Below, in pieces: positions 49,901 to 58,298 of a stretch of DNA of 64,000 bases (position 1 is its first letter; each line of letters begins with the position of its first letter). A model generated the notes under the pieces. It was not told the DNA's origin. It did not search any database and saw nothing but the letters and a program-made list of their open reading frames with translations. Position numbers and translations under genes: made by a program. Origin of the DNA: a virus; the IMG/VR virus record IMGVR_UViG_3300034175_000022, one strand, 5' to 3'.

Positions 49901-52900
49901 TCCCCGCGCCGACGACTGCGTCGATGATCTTCTTGATGTCGGGCGCGAACATGGCGAAGATGGGCTTGAGTGCATCGAACGCATCCTGAGCGAAGCCAAC
50001 AAAGCTGTTCCAGGCATTGATAACGAAGTCAGGCATCTTGAAGGAACCGAACAGGCCCGAGCCGCCCCTGAAGTAACCCTTGACCTTGTCGACGATCGGC
50101 GAGATGTAGGTGTCGACCTTGCCCTGAATCCAGGTCCAGGTCTTGTTCCACATGTCGCGGATCGGCGCGAACATATCGAACTCAGCAAACTTCTTGCCGA
50201 GGTCATCCGCGTACGACTTCGTGAGTGCGTCGATCTCTGCTGACTGGTCGCCAGCCTTACCCTCGCGACCGATCTTCGCGTTGCCGCCTACCTCGGGGAA
50301 GTTGCCACCCGCGGCGTCCTTGAAGTTCTGAGCACCAGGAGTGAGGTAAGGGTCCTTTGCCTTCTTGGCCTCCTTCGCTCGCTTCGCCTTGTCCTTGATG
50401 TCGATCTCGATGCCACCAGCGCTACCGAGCTGACGAAGGGCGTTCTCGAGCTCGCGCACAGTGTCGGTCGTGTCACTGTACGCCTTCTGAAGGATGTCGA
50501 GCTTCTCGACCTCCTTGTCGTACTGTCCGCTAACCCTGTCGCGGGTTCCAGTGGCAGCGTCAACGACTGCCTTCTGCTGCTCGACAGCCTTGTTGGCTGC
50601 GTCGATCTGCGGAGTGAGCGCAGCCATCGCGCTCTTCTCCTTGTTGATCCCGTTGACGATCTCCTGGAACGACAGCTCCTTCATGCCGTTCGCCAGCTCG
50701 TCGATCTGGCGCAGGAGGGGATCGAAGTCGATGCTGAACTTGAGGTCGAGGGCCTGCCCCTCGGTCTCCAGCTTTGCGAGCTCTTCCTTCATCTTGTCGA
50801 CGGGCGAGGCGTCTGCAGTCTTAGCGATCGCCTTGTACTGCTTCTGCATCGCGTCGATCTGCCCGCTGATCGGCCCGAGGATGTCCGAACCGGCACCGGC
50901 CATGCGGAGGTCGCTGCGCTGCCCACTCAGGGTCTCGATGCTCCCCTGGAGCTTTGCCATCTTGTCGCGCAGACCGTCGACGGTACCGTTAGCCTGCTCC
51001 CAGTTCAGGATACCCAGGCGCAGCTTCTTCTGCGCCATGTCGTTCTTGAAGATCTGATCCTGCATCGCCTTCATGCCCTTGATGGGCGCACTGGCGAAGT
51101 CGGTCAGCCTTGACTGGTGGGCATCGTAGGCACCGTTGAGCTTCTCGAGCTTCTTTTCCAGCCCGTCGAGCTTGAACTGCTGCGCGTCCAGGGCCTTGTT
51201 GGCGGCATCGAGCTTCGTCTTCCAGCCGGAGACGACACCCTCCTGGCGCTTGACTGCAGACTCCTGTGACGCAAGGACGGTGTTCATGCCCTTGAGGTCA
51301 GTAATCATCCGGTCGAACAAGGCGAGCTGTGCAGGGATGCCCTTGGCGACGTTAGAACGCTCCTCGCTGAAGCCGCCACCGACGAGCGAGGACGCGATCC
51401 GCTTGAAGGCTGCCAGGTCTGCCGCTGCCCGCCCGAAGACGCCACCGACATTGGAGACGGATGCGTAGGACTTCTTGACCGCCTCCATACCCGAGGCGAC
51501 ACTCTCCACCAGCGAGGGGCTGTGGTGTGCCCAAGGGTTCAGGTACGAGAACAGCTCGTAGACCTGCATAGCTGCGGATCGCACAATCTCCACGACAGTG
51601 AGGAGTGCGTCACGCACGCCAGCGGGCATGCGCCAGAAGGCATCCGTGACGTAGTCGACTGCCGTGTTGAAGAAGTTGACGAGGGGGTTGAACGCTCGCG
51701 CTGCACCCTCTGCGACGACACCCATGTCCTCGGTGACCCCGCGCCAGACATCCGCGATCTGCTTGCGGAAAGCGTACGCGACACCAAGTGCAGCCGCAAC
51801 CGCAAGGCCGATCCAGCTCGTCATTCCAGCGACGAGGATGCGCCCACCCATGAGCATCCCGGCCCACAGCTTCGGGCCGAGAAGCAGGAGGGCGGCGGGA
51901 AGCGCACGGAACGCCACGAGGATGCGACCAGGCACTGCAAGCAGCAGGAGGGCGGCTCGACCGCCTGCTGCGTACATGGCCGTCATCACGCCGATCATCG
52001 TTCGCTGTGCGGCGAGGATACCGGCCCAGATTGTGGTGAGTGCTCCACCGGCTGCACCCGTGATGGTGACCATGCCCCAAGACGCTGCAGCCCAGGCGGC
52101 AGTAAGTCCAGCGCTTCCTGCGGCGATGGCTGCCTGGATGCCGAGAATCATTCCCGTCCAGGCCATCCGCATTGCAACGCTGAAGTAGCCGAAGGCGCGG
52201 TAGAGCGCGTCAGTCATGAAGCGCCACCCGGCCATGACCACAGCGCTACCGGCTGCGACCACCGCCCCAATGCCTGCCATGAGCGCTGCCCACATAGCCA
52301 TCATGGAAGCACCAAAGGCTGCGGTGATGACCCTCAAGTTCATCAGCATCATCGACCAGATGCCTGCGAGCTGGACTCGAGCGACTGCGATGATCGGAGC
52401 CAGGCCAGCCATGATGACCGTGCGCAGCATGCCCATGAGGTTGCGGAAGCCGCCGACAAGGGCGCTTCCGCCCGCAGCCGCAGCGCCGCCGAGCTTGCCA
52501 AGGAGCCCGGCGATAGCGCCAAGGCCAGCATAGAGGGCCTGGAAAGGCGCTCCGACGATCATCAAGATCTTCTTGCCCAGCAAACCGGCCTGTACTCCGG
52601 CCCACGCGAAGCCCATGCCCATCATGCCGACAAGCGTGGCTACCGATCCGATGTAGCGCGCCAGGGGACCGATGGCGGCGAGCAGGACCAGCGCAGTGAG
52701 CGCCAGCTTCTGCATCTCGGGACTCAGCTCCTGGAAGCGCTGAACAAGGGCGCGAACTCCGTTGGCGAGTGCGATCATGTAGGGGATCAGGGGGATGATG
52801 ACATCGGCAGCAGTGTTCTGGATGATCGTCCAGACCTGCTTGAGCTTCTGCGGGCTCGAACTCAGGACCGCGTTCAGCTCTTCGGTACGCTGTGCGAAGT

Positions 52901-53948
52901 TGTCGGAAGCCGTCGCACTGCTGTCGAGCGCCTTGCGGTAGTACCCGTTCGTGTTTATCATGTCACGCATGAGAACGTCGAACTTGTTGATCTGCCAGCG
53001 GCTGGCGACGACGGACGAGACGACAGCCTTCTGTGCGTCATCGAGGTTGTTGAACGACTTTGCCATCGCCTCGAGCCGCTGCGAGCCGTTCAGGCTCTGC
53101 CAGCCGAGCTCCTTGACGTTGATCCCCATCTGACCCATGACCTGTGCGGCCTCGCGGGTGGGGGCGAGCAGTCGAGAAACGATCGTCTTGATCGCGTTGC
53201 CAGCCTGGGCCGCAGTACCGGCAGCGGGCGACATGGCCGCGATCATCGCAGCGAGGTGCTCCACGTCGATGCCAGCGGATCGCGCCACACCGGCTGCTCG
53301 CGCGAAGCCCTCGACGAGTCCGCCCAGGGACACGCCTGTCTGGTTCTCCACCATGTTGAGCACGTCGATGGTAGCCGACAGCTCTTCGACCGTCTGGCCG
53401 TACTGCGCCTGGATTGCGATCAGCGACTCAGTAGCCTTGACGGCCTCGAGCTCACCGAGAACCATCGTCTCCATCGTGAGCTTCGTGCTCTTGGCGAGCG
53501 CGACACCCGAGGCACCGGCTGCTGCCCAGTCGGCTGCGATGTTGATCGTGGCAGCCTGGTTGACGCCGAAGGTATCTGACAGGACTCGGAACGATCGGCC
53601 GAGTGCGTCAGTCTCGCTCTTGACCTGCTCGGCAGACATCGAAGTGTCGCCGTACACCTTCGATACGCGCACCATCGCCTTCTCGTTATCGAGGGCGAAC
53701 TTGGTGGCGGCTGCACCGGCCAGGACGATCGGGAGCGTGAAGTTGTACTGAAGCTGGCGACCGGCCCACTGGACCTGGTTTCCCCACTTGCTGATCCCCG
53801 CGATGCCGCCGCCACCGAAGCCATTGGCCCGTGCGTTCGCAGAAGAAGTCTGTCGCTCCAGCTCGGCCATCTCGCGCTTGAGCTGACGAATCTCCTTAGC
53901 GGCAGAAGCAGTAGCAACTCGCACCATGATGTTCATAAGCGCGTTCAC
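46974..53948 (-). CDS. Tape measure protein (2324 aa)
   Basis: Size, position after the G/T chaperones, TM-rich central part, coiled coils, internal repeats, embedded peptidase motif. Confidence 0.93.
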   Translation of the reverse strand: MNALMNIMVRVATASAAKEIRQLKREMAELERQTSSANARANGFGGGGIAGISKWGNQVQWAGRQLQYNFTLPIVLAGAAATKFALDNEKAMVRVSKVYGDTSMSAEQVKSETDALGRSFRVLSDTFGVNQAATINIAADWAAAGASGVALAKSTKLTMETMVLGELEAVKATESLIAIQAQYGQTVEELSATIDVLNMVENQTGVSLGGLVEGFARAAGVARSAGIDVEHLAAMIAAMSPAAGTAAQAGNAIKTIVSRLLAPTREAAQVMGQMGINVKELGWQSLNGSQRLEAMAKSFNNLDDAQKAVVSSVVASRWQINKFDVLMRDMINTNGYYRKALDSSATASDNFAQRTEELNAVLSSSPQKLKQVWTIIQNTAADVIIPLIPYMIALANGVRALVQRFQELSPEMQKLALTALVLLAAIGPLARYIGSVATLVGMMGMGFAWAGVQAGLLGKKILMIVGAPFQALYAGLGAIAGLLGKLGGAAAAGGSALVGGFRNLMGMLRTVIMAGLAPIIAVARVQLAGIWSMMLMNLRVITAAFGASMMAMWAALMAGIGAVVAAGSAVVMAGWRFMTDALYRAFGYFSVAMRMAWTGMILGIQAAIAAGSAGLTAAWAAASWGMVTITGAAGGALTTIWAGILAAQRTMIGVMTAMYAAGGRAALLLLAVPGRILVAFRALPAALLLLGPKLWAGMLMGGRILVAGMTSWIGLAVAAALGVAYAFRKQIADVWRGVTEDMGVVAEGAARAFNPLVNFFNTAVDYVTDAFWRMPAGVRDALLTVVEIVRSAAMQVYELFSYLNPWAHHSPSLVESVASGMEAVKKSYASVSNVGGVFGRAAADLAAFKRIASSLVGGGFSEERSNVAKGIPAQLALFDRMITDLKGMNTVLASQESAVKRQEGVVSGWKTKLDAANKALDAQQFKLDGLEKKLEKLNGAYDAHQSRLTDFASAPIKGMKAMQDQIFKNDMAQKKLRLGILNWEQANGTVDGLRDKMAKLQGSIETLSGQRSDLRMAGAGSDILGPISGQIDAMQKQYKAIAKTADASPVDKMKEELAKLETEGQALDLKFSIDFDPLLRQIDELANGMKELSFQEIVNGINKEKSAMAALTPQIDAANKAVEQQKAVVDAATGTRDRVSGQYDKEVEKLDILQKAYSDTTDTVRELENALRQLGSAGGIEIDIKDKAKRAKEAKKAKDPYLTPGAQNFKDAAGGNFPEVGGNAKIGREGKAGDQSAEIDALTKSYADDLGKKFAEFDMFAPIRDMWNKTWTWIQGKVDTYISPIVDKVKGYFRGGSGLFGSFKMPDFVINAWNSFVGFAQDAFDALKPIFAMFAPDIKKIIDAVVGAGKRVWKEIGPELAKFSELGAPLMDVLGMLWSGVKILAAIVGGVLVGAFKIVSSVLAGTLGPALDIVIDVMKVVVITVRETIRLILGIFNRDGSEIGEAAKNIFLGLVKGIGNILKDGFWLVVGLVKGLVNGVVDWFKWLYDVIIGHSIIPDLIDGIVAWFKGLWGKVKGAIKSFVDGVIDFMKDLPGDVAKALGSLKDKVSSAAQTAWDWFSDRVVRGNKKVIDFVSDLPGDAWNALKGLKDKLVDVATTAFTWFYNSQVAGWTVILTWLTSLPQKAWNALGNLRERLGNIATAAWDALESAWSIGWTALNTWLGGRPQKVWDALVALKERVGNIATQAWDMLEAAWAKGWAGTVLWLQGIGQRVWDNLSGKAGILEKIKNVATTAWDALESAWGTGWAATVLWLQGIGQRVWDNLSGKTGILAKIKDVAVSAWNALEDAWAAGWVTTVAWLQALGQRIWDNLSGKSGVSAKIKDIAKSAWGELEDAFGNGWSGFKDWLALLPGRIVAQITGKNGMGAKIADAAEDAFNALKTKASNIVDGKGGFMSWVRELPDRVASALSNIGSSVANATKGAWNGAANWINTNGIKNINRITSKLNFEMGDLPTFKRGGIVPGGHSKHDNMVIGARSGEGVLVPEAVRAIGGARGLENLNRNAERGRVASGYKEPVARNAGIGDGNGLVDRFKGAFEGVGNLAGDVTNWMRDGLGSAMNKLMVPLVDMADRNLGGNIVGRVGAGFLRQVKDNLVSFVQNGETQAGDRELGGMGFTRQMAILRAEFPGISMNSGFRPGSITSSGNQSYHALGRAVDIPPRMEYFDWILRNFGKTSKELIFSPAGGRQIHNGSPHVYSGAVKADHYDHVHWAYDQGGWLQPGVTQTVNRTGQPEAVFNPAQWGILKDVITGVGRMGQNGVAGTQRMASATITVERAWVNVTTAEVTTPAAPNNVTLHFHGDISLPNIKNGDDANEFLRNLTALAVT
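48290..49310 (-). repeat. About 8 tandem 126-nt (42-aa) repeats inside the tape measure gene (approximate bounds)
   Basis: The unit AW(D/N)ALE(S/D)AW..GW...V.WLQ..GQR(V/I)WDNLSGK.G...KIK recurs. Near-identical DNA sits at about 48650-48710 and 48780-48840. Confidence 0.8.
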
Positions 53949-54057
53949 GCGAGTTGGCCCTCCAGACCTAAAAGTCTAAGATGAGCCTCGTGTGCTCGAC
54001 TCGCACACAGTAACGGCTGGCACCCCTCGCTGTCAAGCATGGGGGCCAGCCGTTACT

Positions 54058-54839
54058 CTATCGACTCCTGGAAGCACCGCCAGGGGACTTGCCGCGCTTC
54101 CCCTTGCCCTCTTCCTTCTTTCGCTCTGCGGCTTCGTACTCCGCTTGAGCTCCAAAGATGTACTGAAAGCCATCCAGCAAGTCAGGATGCTGATCGTACA
54201 AGCCGCCGGCCTCAGGCAGGTGATTCCACTTCATACTCGCACACATCGAGAACATCTTGATGATCGGGTGTGCGTTTATGACCTGCTTGCCAGCGACGTA
54301 GTCAGCTACCTGCCGCTGGAAGAGGCTTCCCCCCGCTCACGCTCCACGGCGGCGGTGTACTGCTCCTCGAGCTCCTCGATGCCCTTGCGGATCTCGGCAG
54401 AGGGGATCTGGTCCGTGAGCCAGGGGTTCTCGCGACGGATCGCGTTCTCCAGGTCCTCGACCAGCTTCGGGTTGCCCAGCTCGAGGAAGTCGCGCAGTGC
54501 ACGCTCACCGAAGGGAAGCGGCGCGCCGCCCCGAGTGAGGTTCCAGCTGGTGACGGACTGCAGGATGAGCTGGTGGCGAGCCTCGGCCTGGTCGACTCGC
54601 AGGCGGGACTCGTTGCCGTTCTTGGCGATGATGAGGTCACTCGACGTGGCCTTCTGGTACTTCTTCTTCTTGCCCTCGTTCATGGTCACGAAGGCGATGT
54701 AGGTCACCCCGTCGGGGAAGTAGAACTTCTTCTCGGCCGAGAAGCCGAAGTAGTCGTCCTGCTTGGGGGGCGCCTGGACAGGCTCGTCAGCGACGGGAAA
54801 GCTCTGGTGAAACTGCGGCTCGGTGCTGGGAACGGACAT
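54058..54839 (-). CDS. Tail assembly chaperone, -1 frameshift product (gpGT-like)
   Basis: The -1 frame stays open from the G-run (C-run 54329-54334 on +) to the stop at 54058. The extension contains PEAGGLYDQHP. Confidence 0.6.
54306..54839 (-). CDS. Tail assembly chaperone (gpG-like)
   Basis: Sits between the major tail and tape measure genes. ORF track. Confidence 0.8.
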   Translation of the reverse strand: MSVPSTEPQFHQSFPVADEPVQAPPKQDDYFGFSAEKKFYFPDGVTYIAFVTMNEGKKKKYQKATSSDLIIAKNGNESRLRVDQAEARHQLILQSVTSWNLTRGGAPLPFGERALRDFLELGNPKLVEDLENAIRRENPWLTDQIPSAEIRKGIEELEEQYTAAVERERGEASSSGR

Positions 54840-54881
54840 AGCCTGTGACCCTCCAAGGTCTAGTTGGCTCTGAGGTGAATC

Positions 54882-54920
54882 CCGTTGGCCCGGCTGTGAT
54901 TAGCTCAGCCGGGCCAACGG
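54882..54920 (-). terminator. Perfect 15-bp stem hairpin after the major tail gene
   Basis: CCGTTGGCCCGGCTG-9 nt-CAGCCGGGCCAACGG. Confidence 0.65.
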
Positions 54921-54932
54921 TATCTGAGGGTG

Positions 54933-55946
54933 TTACTTGATCGTCGCGCCGGTCGCGCCGGTCTTGATCGTGGCGGTGAGGAGCGGGGTGCCGATGGCCG
55001 GGCGGAGCGCCTGGCCAGCGATGTCGTCCTCGATGATGTCGTCGCCCGAGACGGACAGGGCGAACGGCGTCAGCGTGTACTTCGGGATGTTGATCCCGAT
55101 CTGGTACTTCGTGCCAGCGCCACCGACGATGTCCTCGTAGGTCGAGGCCGTGATGACCAGTGCCTGCTTGGTCGTGACGCCACCGGCCTGAGTCGCAGCC
55201 GAGGTGCCGTAGACCGCCTGGCGCCACAGGGCGCTGTTGGCCTCGCGGATGTTGAAGCTCGCCGTGACCTCGCGACGCTTGGGGGTGAGGTCACCGATGT
55301 AGAACGAGCCGAGCCGGAAGTCGTCGTCCTCGAAGTTGTTGTTGATGTCGAGGGAGAACGACTTGGCGGGCAGGGTGACGCCGTTGTACTGGACGGCGAT
55401 GTTCGTGCCGACCATGAGCGGCAGCTCGTCCACGTAGGTCGGCGTGCTGGCCGTGCCGCCAGCGACCTGGCGAGCGGCGATGAGGCCCACGGTACCCATG
55501 AGGTACCCGTTGGCGTCCGCCTCCAGGTGGAGGGTGTTCACCACGCAGTCGGTGTACTGGAAGACCTCGAGCCCCGAGCTGATCCGCTCCTCGATGGAGA
55601 GGTACGGCAGCGAGGAGTCGGAGGGAGTGATCGTGTGCGTGGTCACGCCAGCCGTGGTGGCCGGGGCACCTGCGGTTCCGAGGGCCGCACGCAGCAGCGT
55701 GGCGAGCGAGTCGGGACGGGCGTAGAACTCGTAGTCACCCGCCCACGAGACGGCACCGAGGAGCGCGTCGGTCACGTCACGACCGCCGCCGATCTCGGGG
55801 TCGGGGATGAGCAGCTCACGCGACGGCCCGAGGGTACCGGACCTGGTCTTCATCGCCACGCCGCCAGTGGCGACGTCTGCGTTGTAGGTGCCCTGAGCCG
55901 TCTGGGTGCGAAGGATCAGCTGGCCCGACTGACTGGAGAAGCCCAT
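54933..55946 (-). CDS. Major tail protein
   Basis: Sits immediately upstream of the chaperones. Followed by a strong hairpin. Confidence 0.75.
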   Translation of the reverse strand: MGFSSQSGQLILRTQTAQGTYNADVATGGVAMKTRSGTLGPSRELLIPDPEIGGGRDVTDALLGAVSWAGDYEFYARPDSLATLLRAALGTAGAPATTAGVTTHTITPSDSSLPYLSIEERISSGLEVFQYTDCVVNTLHLEADANGYLMGTVGLIAARQVAGGTASTPTYVDELPLMVGTNIAVQYNGVTLPAKSFSLDINNNFEDDDFRLGSFYIGDLTPKRREVTASFNIREANSALWRQAVYGTSAATQAGGVTTKQALVITASTYEDIVGGAGTKYQIGINIPKYTLTPFALSVSGDDIIEDDIAGQALRPAIGTPLLTATIKTGATGATIK

Positions 55947-56254
55947 CAGCTGTTACCACCGTTCTTGGCTGCGTCCTGGGCGGCTGCGTAGGCGTTCGCC
56001 GAAGCGAGATCCTCGCGGGCCGCGTCGAGGGGACCGGATGCCCCCTCCTTCACTGCACTCACGGTCGCGAGGCGCTTGGCCTCGGCGAGCTGAGCCTCGA
56101 GGCGAGCGGCCTCGGCGTCGAGCTGAACGGCAACGATCTCGTTGCCCCTCTCGTTCTCCCGCGCCATGCGGGTGCTCTCTGCAGTCGCGAGCTGCTCGCG
56201 CAGCTTCTCGACGTGCTGCTGCTTCTGCAGCAGCTCCTTGTCGCTGATCGCCAT
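55946..56254 (-). CDS. Coiled-coil protein in the head-tail region
   Basis: ORF track. Heptad-like, A/E/Q/L-rich. Confidence 0.6.
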   Translation of the reverse strand: MAISDKELLQKQQHVEKLREQLATAESTRMARENERGNEIVAVQLDAEAARLEAQLAEAKRLATVSAVKEGASGPLDAAREDLASANAYAAAQDAAKNGGNS

Positions 56255-56748
56255 TAGATCGTCTCCGTCTCTATCCAGAACTCGAGGGTGCTGAGGTACA
56301 GGAAGTCCTCGTCGATCTCACTGCTGATGTATCGAACCGTGCCGACCCCGTACCTCTGAGTACGCTCGGTACTGCCGTTCATCACGACTGCCAGCGCCCG
56401 CAACGATACGGCTAGGGACGCATCCCTGTAAAGCATGGATCGCAACCGCTTCGACAGCACTGAGTGGACGGCAAGGCCGCGGGTCTCGTCGAAGTCACGA
56501 ACGAAGGCCTGGACAGATACGTTGTACCTGCCCATGAGGGGCTCAGAGGCCCCTGCGATTCTTCCCTTCATCTCGTAACTGTCCTCGACCGGATTCCAGG
56601 TCGAGGGGAATACGCCGACTGACTGACGAGGATCAGTAGGACGAAGGGGGCGCTTGAGAATGCGAAGGTCGTCGTCGATGAGTCCCGCACGGATCGCAAT
56701 GAGCTCGATCACGTTGTTGGGAAAGACAGGAACGCCGCCGTCGATCAC
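56254..56748 (-). CDS. Tail terminator / neck protein (by position)
   Basis: ORF track. Coupled. Confidence 0.6.
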   Translation of the reverse strand: MIDGGVPVFPNNVIELIAIRAGLIDDDLRILKRPLRPTDPRQSVGVFPSTWNPVEDSYEMKGRIAGASEPLMGRYNVSVQAFVRDFDETRGLAVHSVLSKRLRSMLYRDASLAVSLRALAVVMNGSTERTQRYGVGTVRYISSEIDEDFLYLSTLEFWIETETI

Positions 56749-57236
56749 TTGAGCGCCTGAGTGAACATCGTGTCGAGCGCAGCCACGGCGAAGATCAGGT
56801 CAGCCTCGTTCACACCAAGGACCGGACGCGCCACCGTGCGCTGGTCGCCCTGCTGTGCGCGCTTGACCTTGTCCTTCAGTCCTCGTCCCGAGGGCGGATT
56901 GCCTGGGTACGTGAGCGTCGCGCTGTTCGCTGTCGGGATGACTGCTCCGGCTGTCCCGACGATGTAGTTCTCGAGCTCGCCGGTTCGATGATTGATCGGG
57001 TGAGCACGACCGAAACCTTGCGCATCACGGAACTGCTCGGTAGCAGGCTTGAGAGGCTCCCACGGACCAGTGACATCGTCACCCTCACTTGAGAATCGAC
57101 TTGCAGCGCGCTGCTGCAGGTACGGAAGAAGAACTGCCTGGAGGACGCCGCCGATGGCGATGCCACTCGTTGCAATCTCGAGCTTGGCGATCACCTCGTC
57201 GAGCGTGTTGTCGATCTCGTAGTGGAGCGTCACCAT
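56745..57236 (-). CDS. Head-tail joining / virion morphogenesis protein
   Basis: ATG at 57236, 1 nt after the upstream stop. The upstream part of ORF ..57491 overlaps the preceding gene. Confidence 0.6.
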   Translation of the reverse strand: MVTLHYEIDNTLDEVIAKLEIATSGIAIGGVLQAVLLPYLQQRAASRFSSEGDDVTGPWEPLKPATEQFRDAQGFGRAHPINHRTGELENYIVGTAGAVIPTANSATLTYPGNPPSGRGLKDKVKRAQQGDQRTVARPVLGVNEADLIFAVAALDTMFTQALK

Positions 57237-57237
57237 G

Positions 57238-57762
57238 CTAACCACGGTAAGGCCACCTCCCTGCCGGGTTGGCCGGGTTGAAGTATCCGTAGAACGCTTC
57301 GACCTGTGAGTAAGCGTCGATGTTGTTGATGCCAGCACCGATGGGAGTAACGTACTCGCCATCCCCTGCGCCAGGAAGCGGCGTAGATGAGGCGGGCACG
57401 CCGGGGAGGGGAAGCTCTCCGGAGATGATCGCAGCGATGGTGGCATCGACCTCATCGACAAGGCTCTGCCCGTAGGCGTTGAGCCTTGCATCCTCCTGTG
57501 CGCTGTACGCCGCCATGATGAGGCGACCCGTTGCGAGGTGGGAGGTGAGGCGCTTGAGAAGGAGCGTGACCGGGCGCGGCGTGGGCGTGATGCCGTCAGC
57601 CTGGTAGGCAGGGATCGGAGTCTCGTAAGTGAAACCGATCTTGCTGTCGATCTCGTCTGCAGCGTCGTTGACGTACTTCTGGGGACTCAGAGCCGCAGAG
57701 GCCTGGATGTCACCCAGCATGAGGTCATCGACTGTGCAATACACTGCAGACGGCATGGTCAC
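57238..57762 (-). CDS. Head-tail adaptor (Mu gp36/DUF1320-like, tentative)
   Basis: N-terminus YCTVDDLMLGDI... resembles DUF1320 proteins. Position. Confidence 0.55.
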   Translation of the reverse strand: MTMPSAVYCTVDDLMLGDIQASAALSPQKYVNDAADEIDSKIGFTYETPIPAYQADGITPTPRPVTLLLKRLTSHLATGRLIMAAYSAQEDARLNAYGQSLVDEVDATIAAIISGELPLPGVPASSTPLPGAGDGEYVTPIGAGINNIDAYSQVEAFYGYFNPANPAGRWPYRG

Positions 57763-57777
57763 GCTCCTTCGTCAAGC

Positions 57778-58215
57778 TCAGAACTTGGTGGGGGTACCGC
57801 CGCTGACGGACGAGCCCTCGGTGTCGGCGGGCTCCTCCGACGTGGTGTGAGCCTGGCCACCGGCGACCGAGGTGTTGTCGCCAGCGGGAGCCTCGCTCAC
57901 GTCGTCCTGTCGCGTGATGATCTTGTAGTTGTCCTGGTACGCCTGCGGGCCGGGCTGCGGCTCGCCCTTGATGGCGTCCGAGAACAGCTGCTCGAGGTCC
58001 TTGTCGACACCCTCGTCAGCGGTCAGGGGCTTGTCGGTCTCGTTGGCGAAGTTCTGGTACTCGAAGCCGACGCCGACGAAACCCTCCTCGGCCTTCGGGT
58101 TCGGGTTCTCGGCCACGAGCGGGCCGGTGACGGCGTTGTCGACGGCGAGGCGAGCCTCGTTGTCGAGCTGACTGGAGGGCCGCGTGTAGCTGACGCCCTC
58201 GGCAGGCTTTGCCAT
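57778..58215 (-). CDS. Acidic head-associated hypothetical protein
   Basis: ORF track. Lies directly after the capsid terminator. Confidence 0.6.
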   Translation of the reverse strand: MAKPAEGVSYTRPSSQLDNEARLAVDNAVTGPLVAENPNPKAEEGFVGVGFEYQNFANETDKPLTADEGVDKDLEQLFSDAIKGEPQPGPQAYQDNYKIITRQDDVSEAPAGDNTSVAGGQAHTTSEEPADTEGSSVSGGTPTKF

Positions 58216-58252
58216 GCTGATCTCCTTCTGGTTGCGAAGCTTGAGCGGCTTC

Positions 58253-58286
58253 GCCGGTGCCTGAGTATCTCTACTCAGGCACCGGC
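58253..58286 (-). terminator. Perfect 15-bp stem, 4-nt loop hairpin after the major capsid gene
   Basis: GCCGGTGCCTGAGTA-tctc-TACTCAGGCACCGGC. Confidence 0.7.
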
Positions 58287-58298
58287 GTCGTCAGTGGA

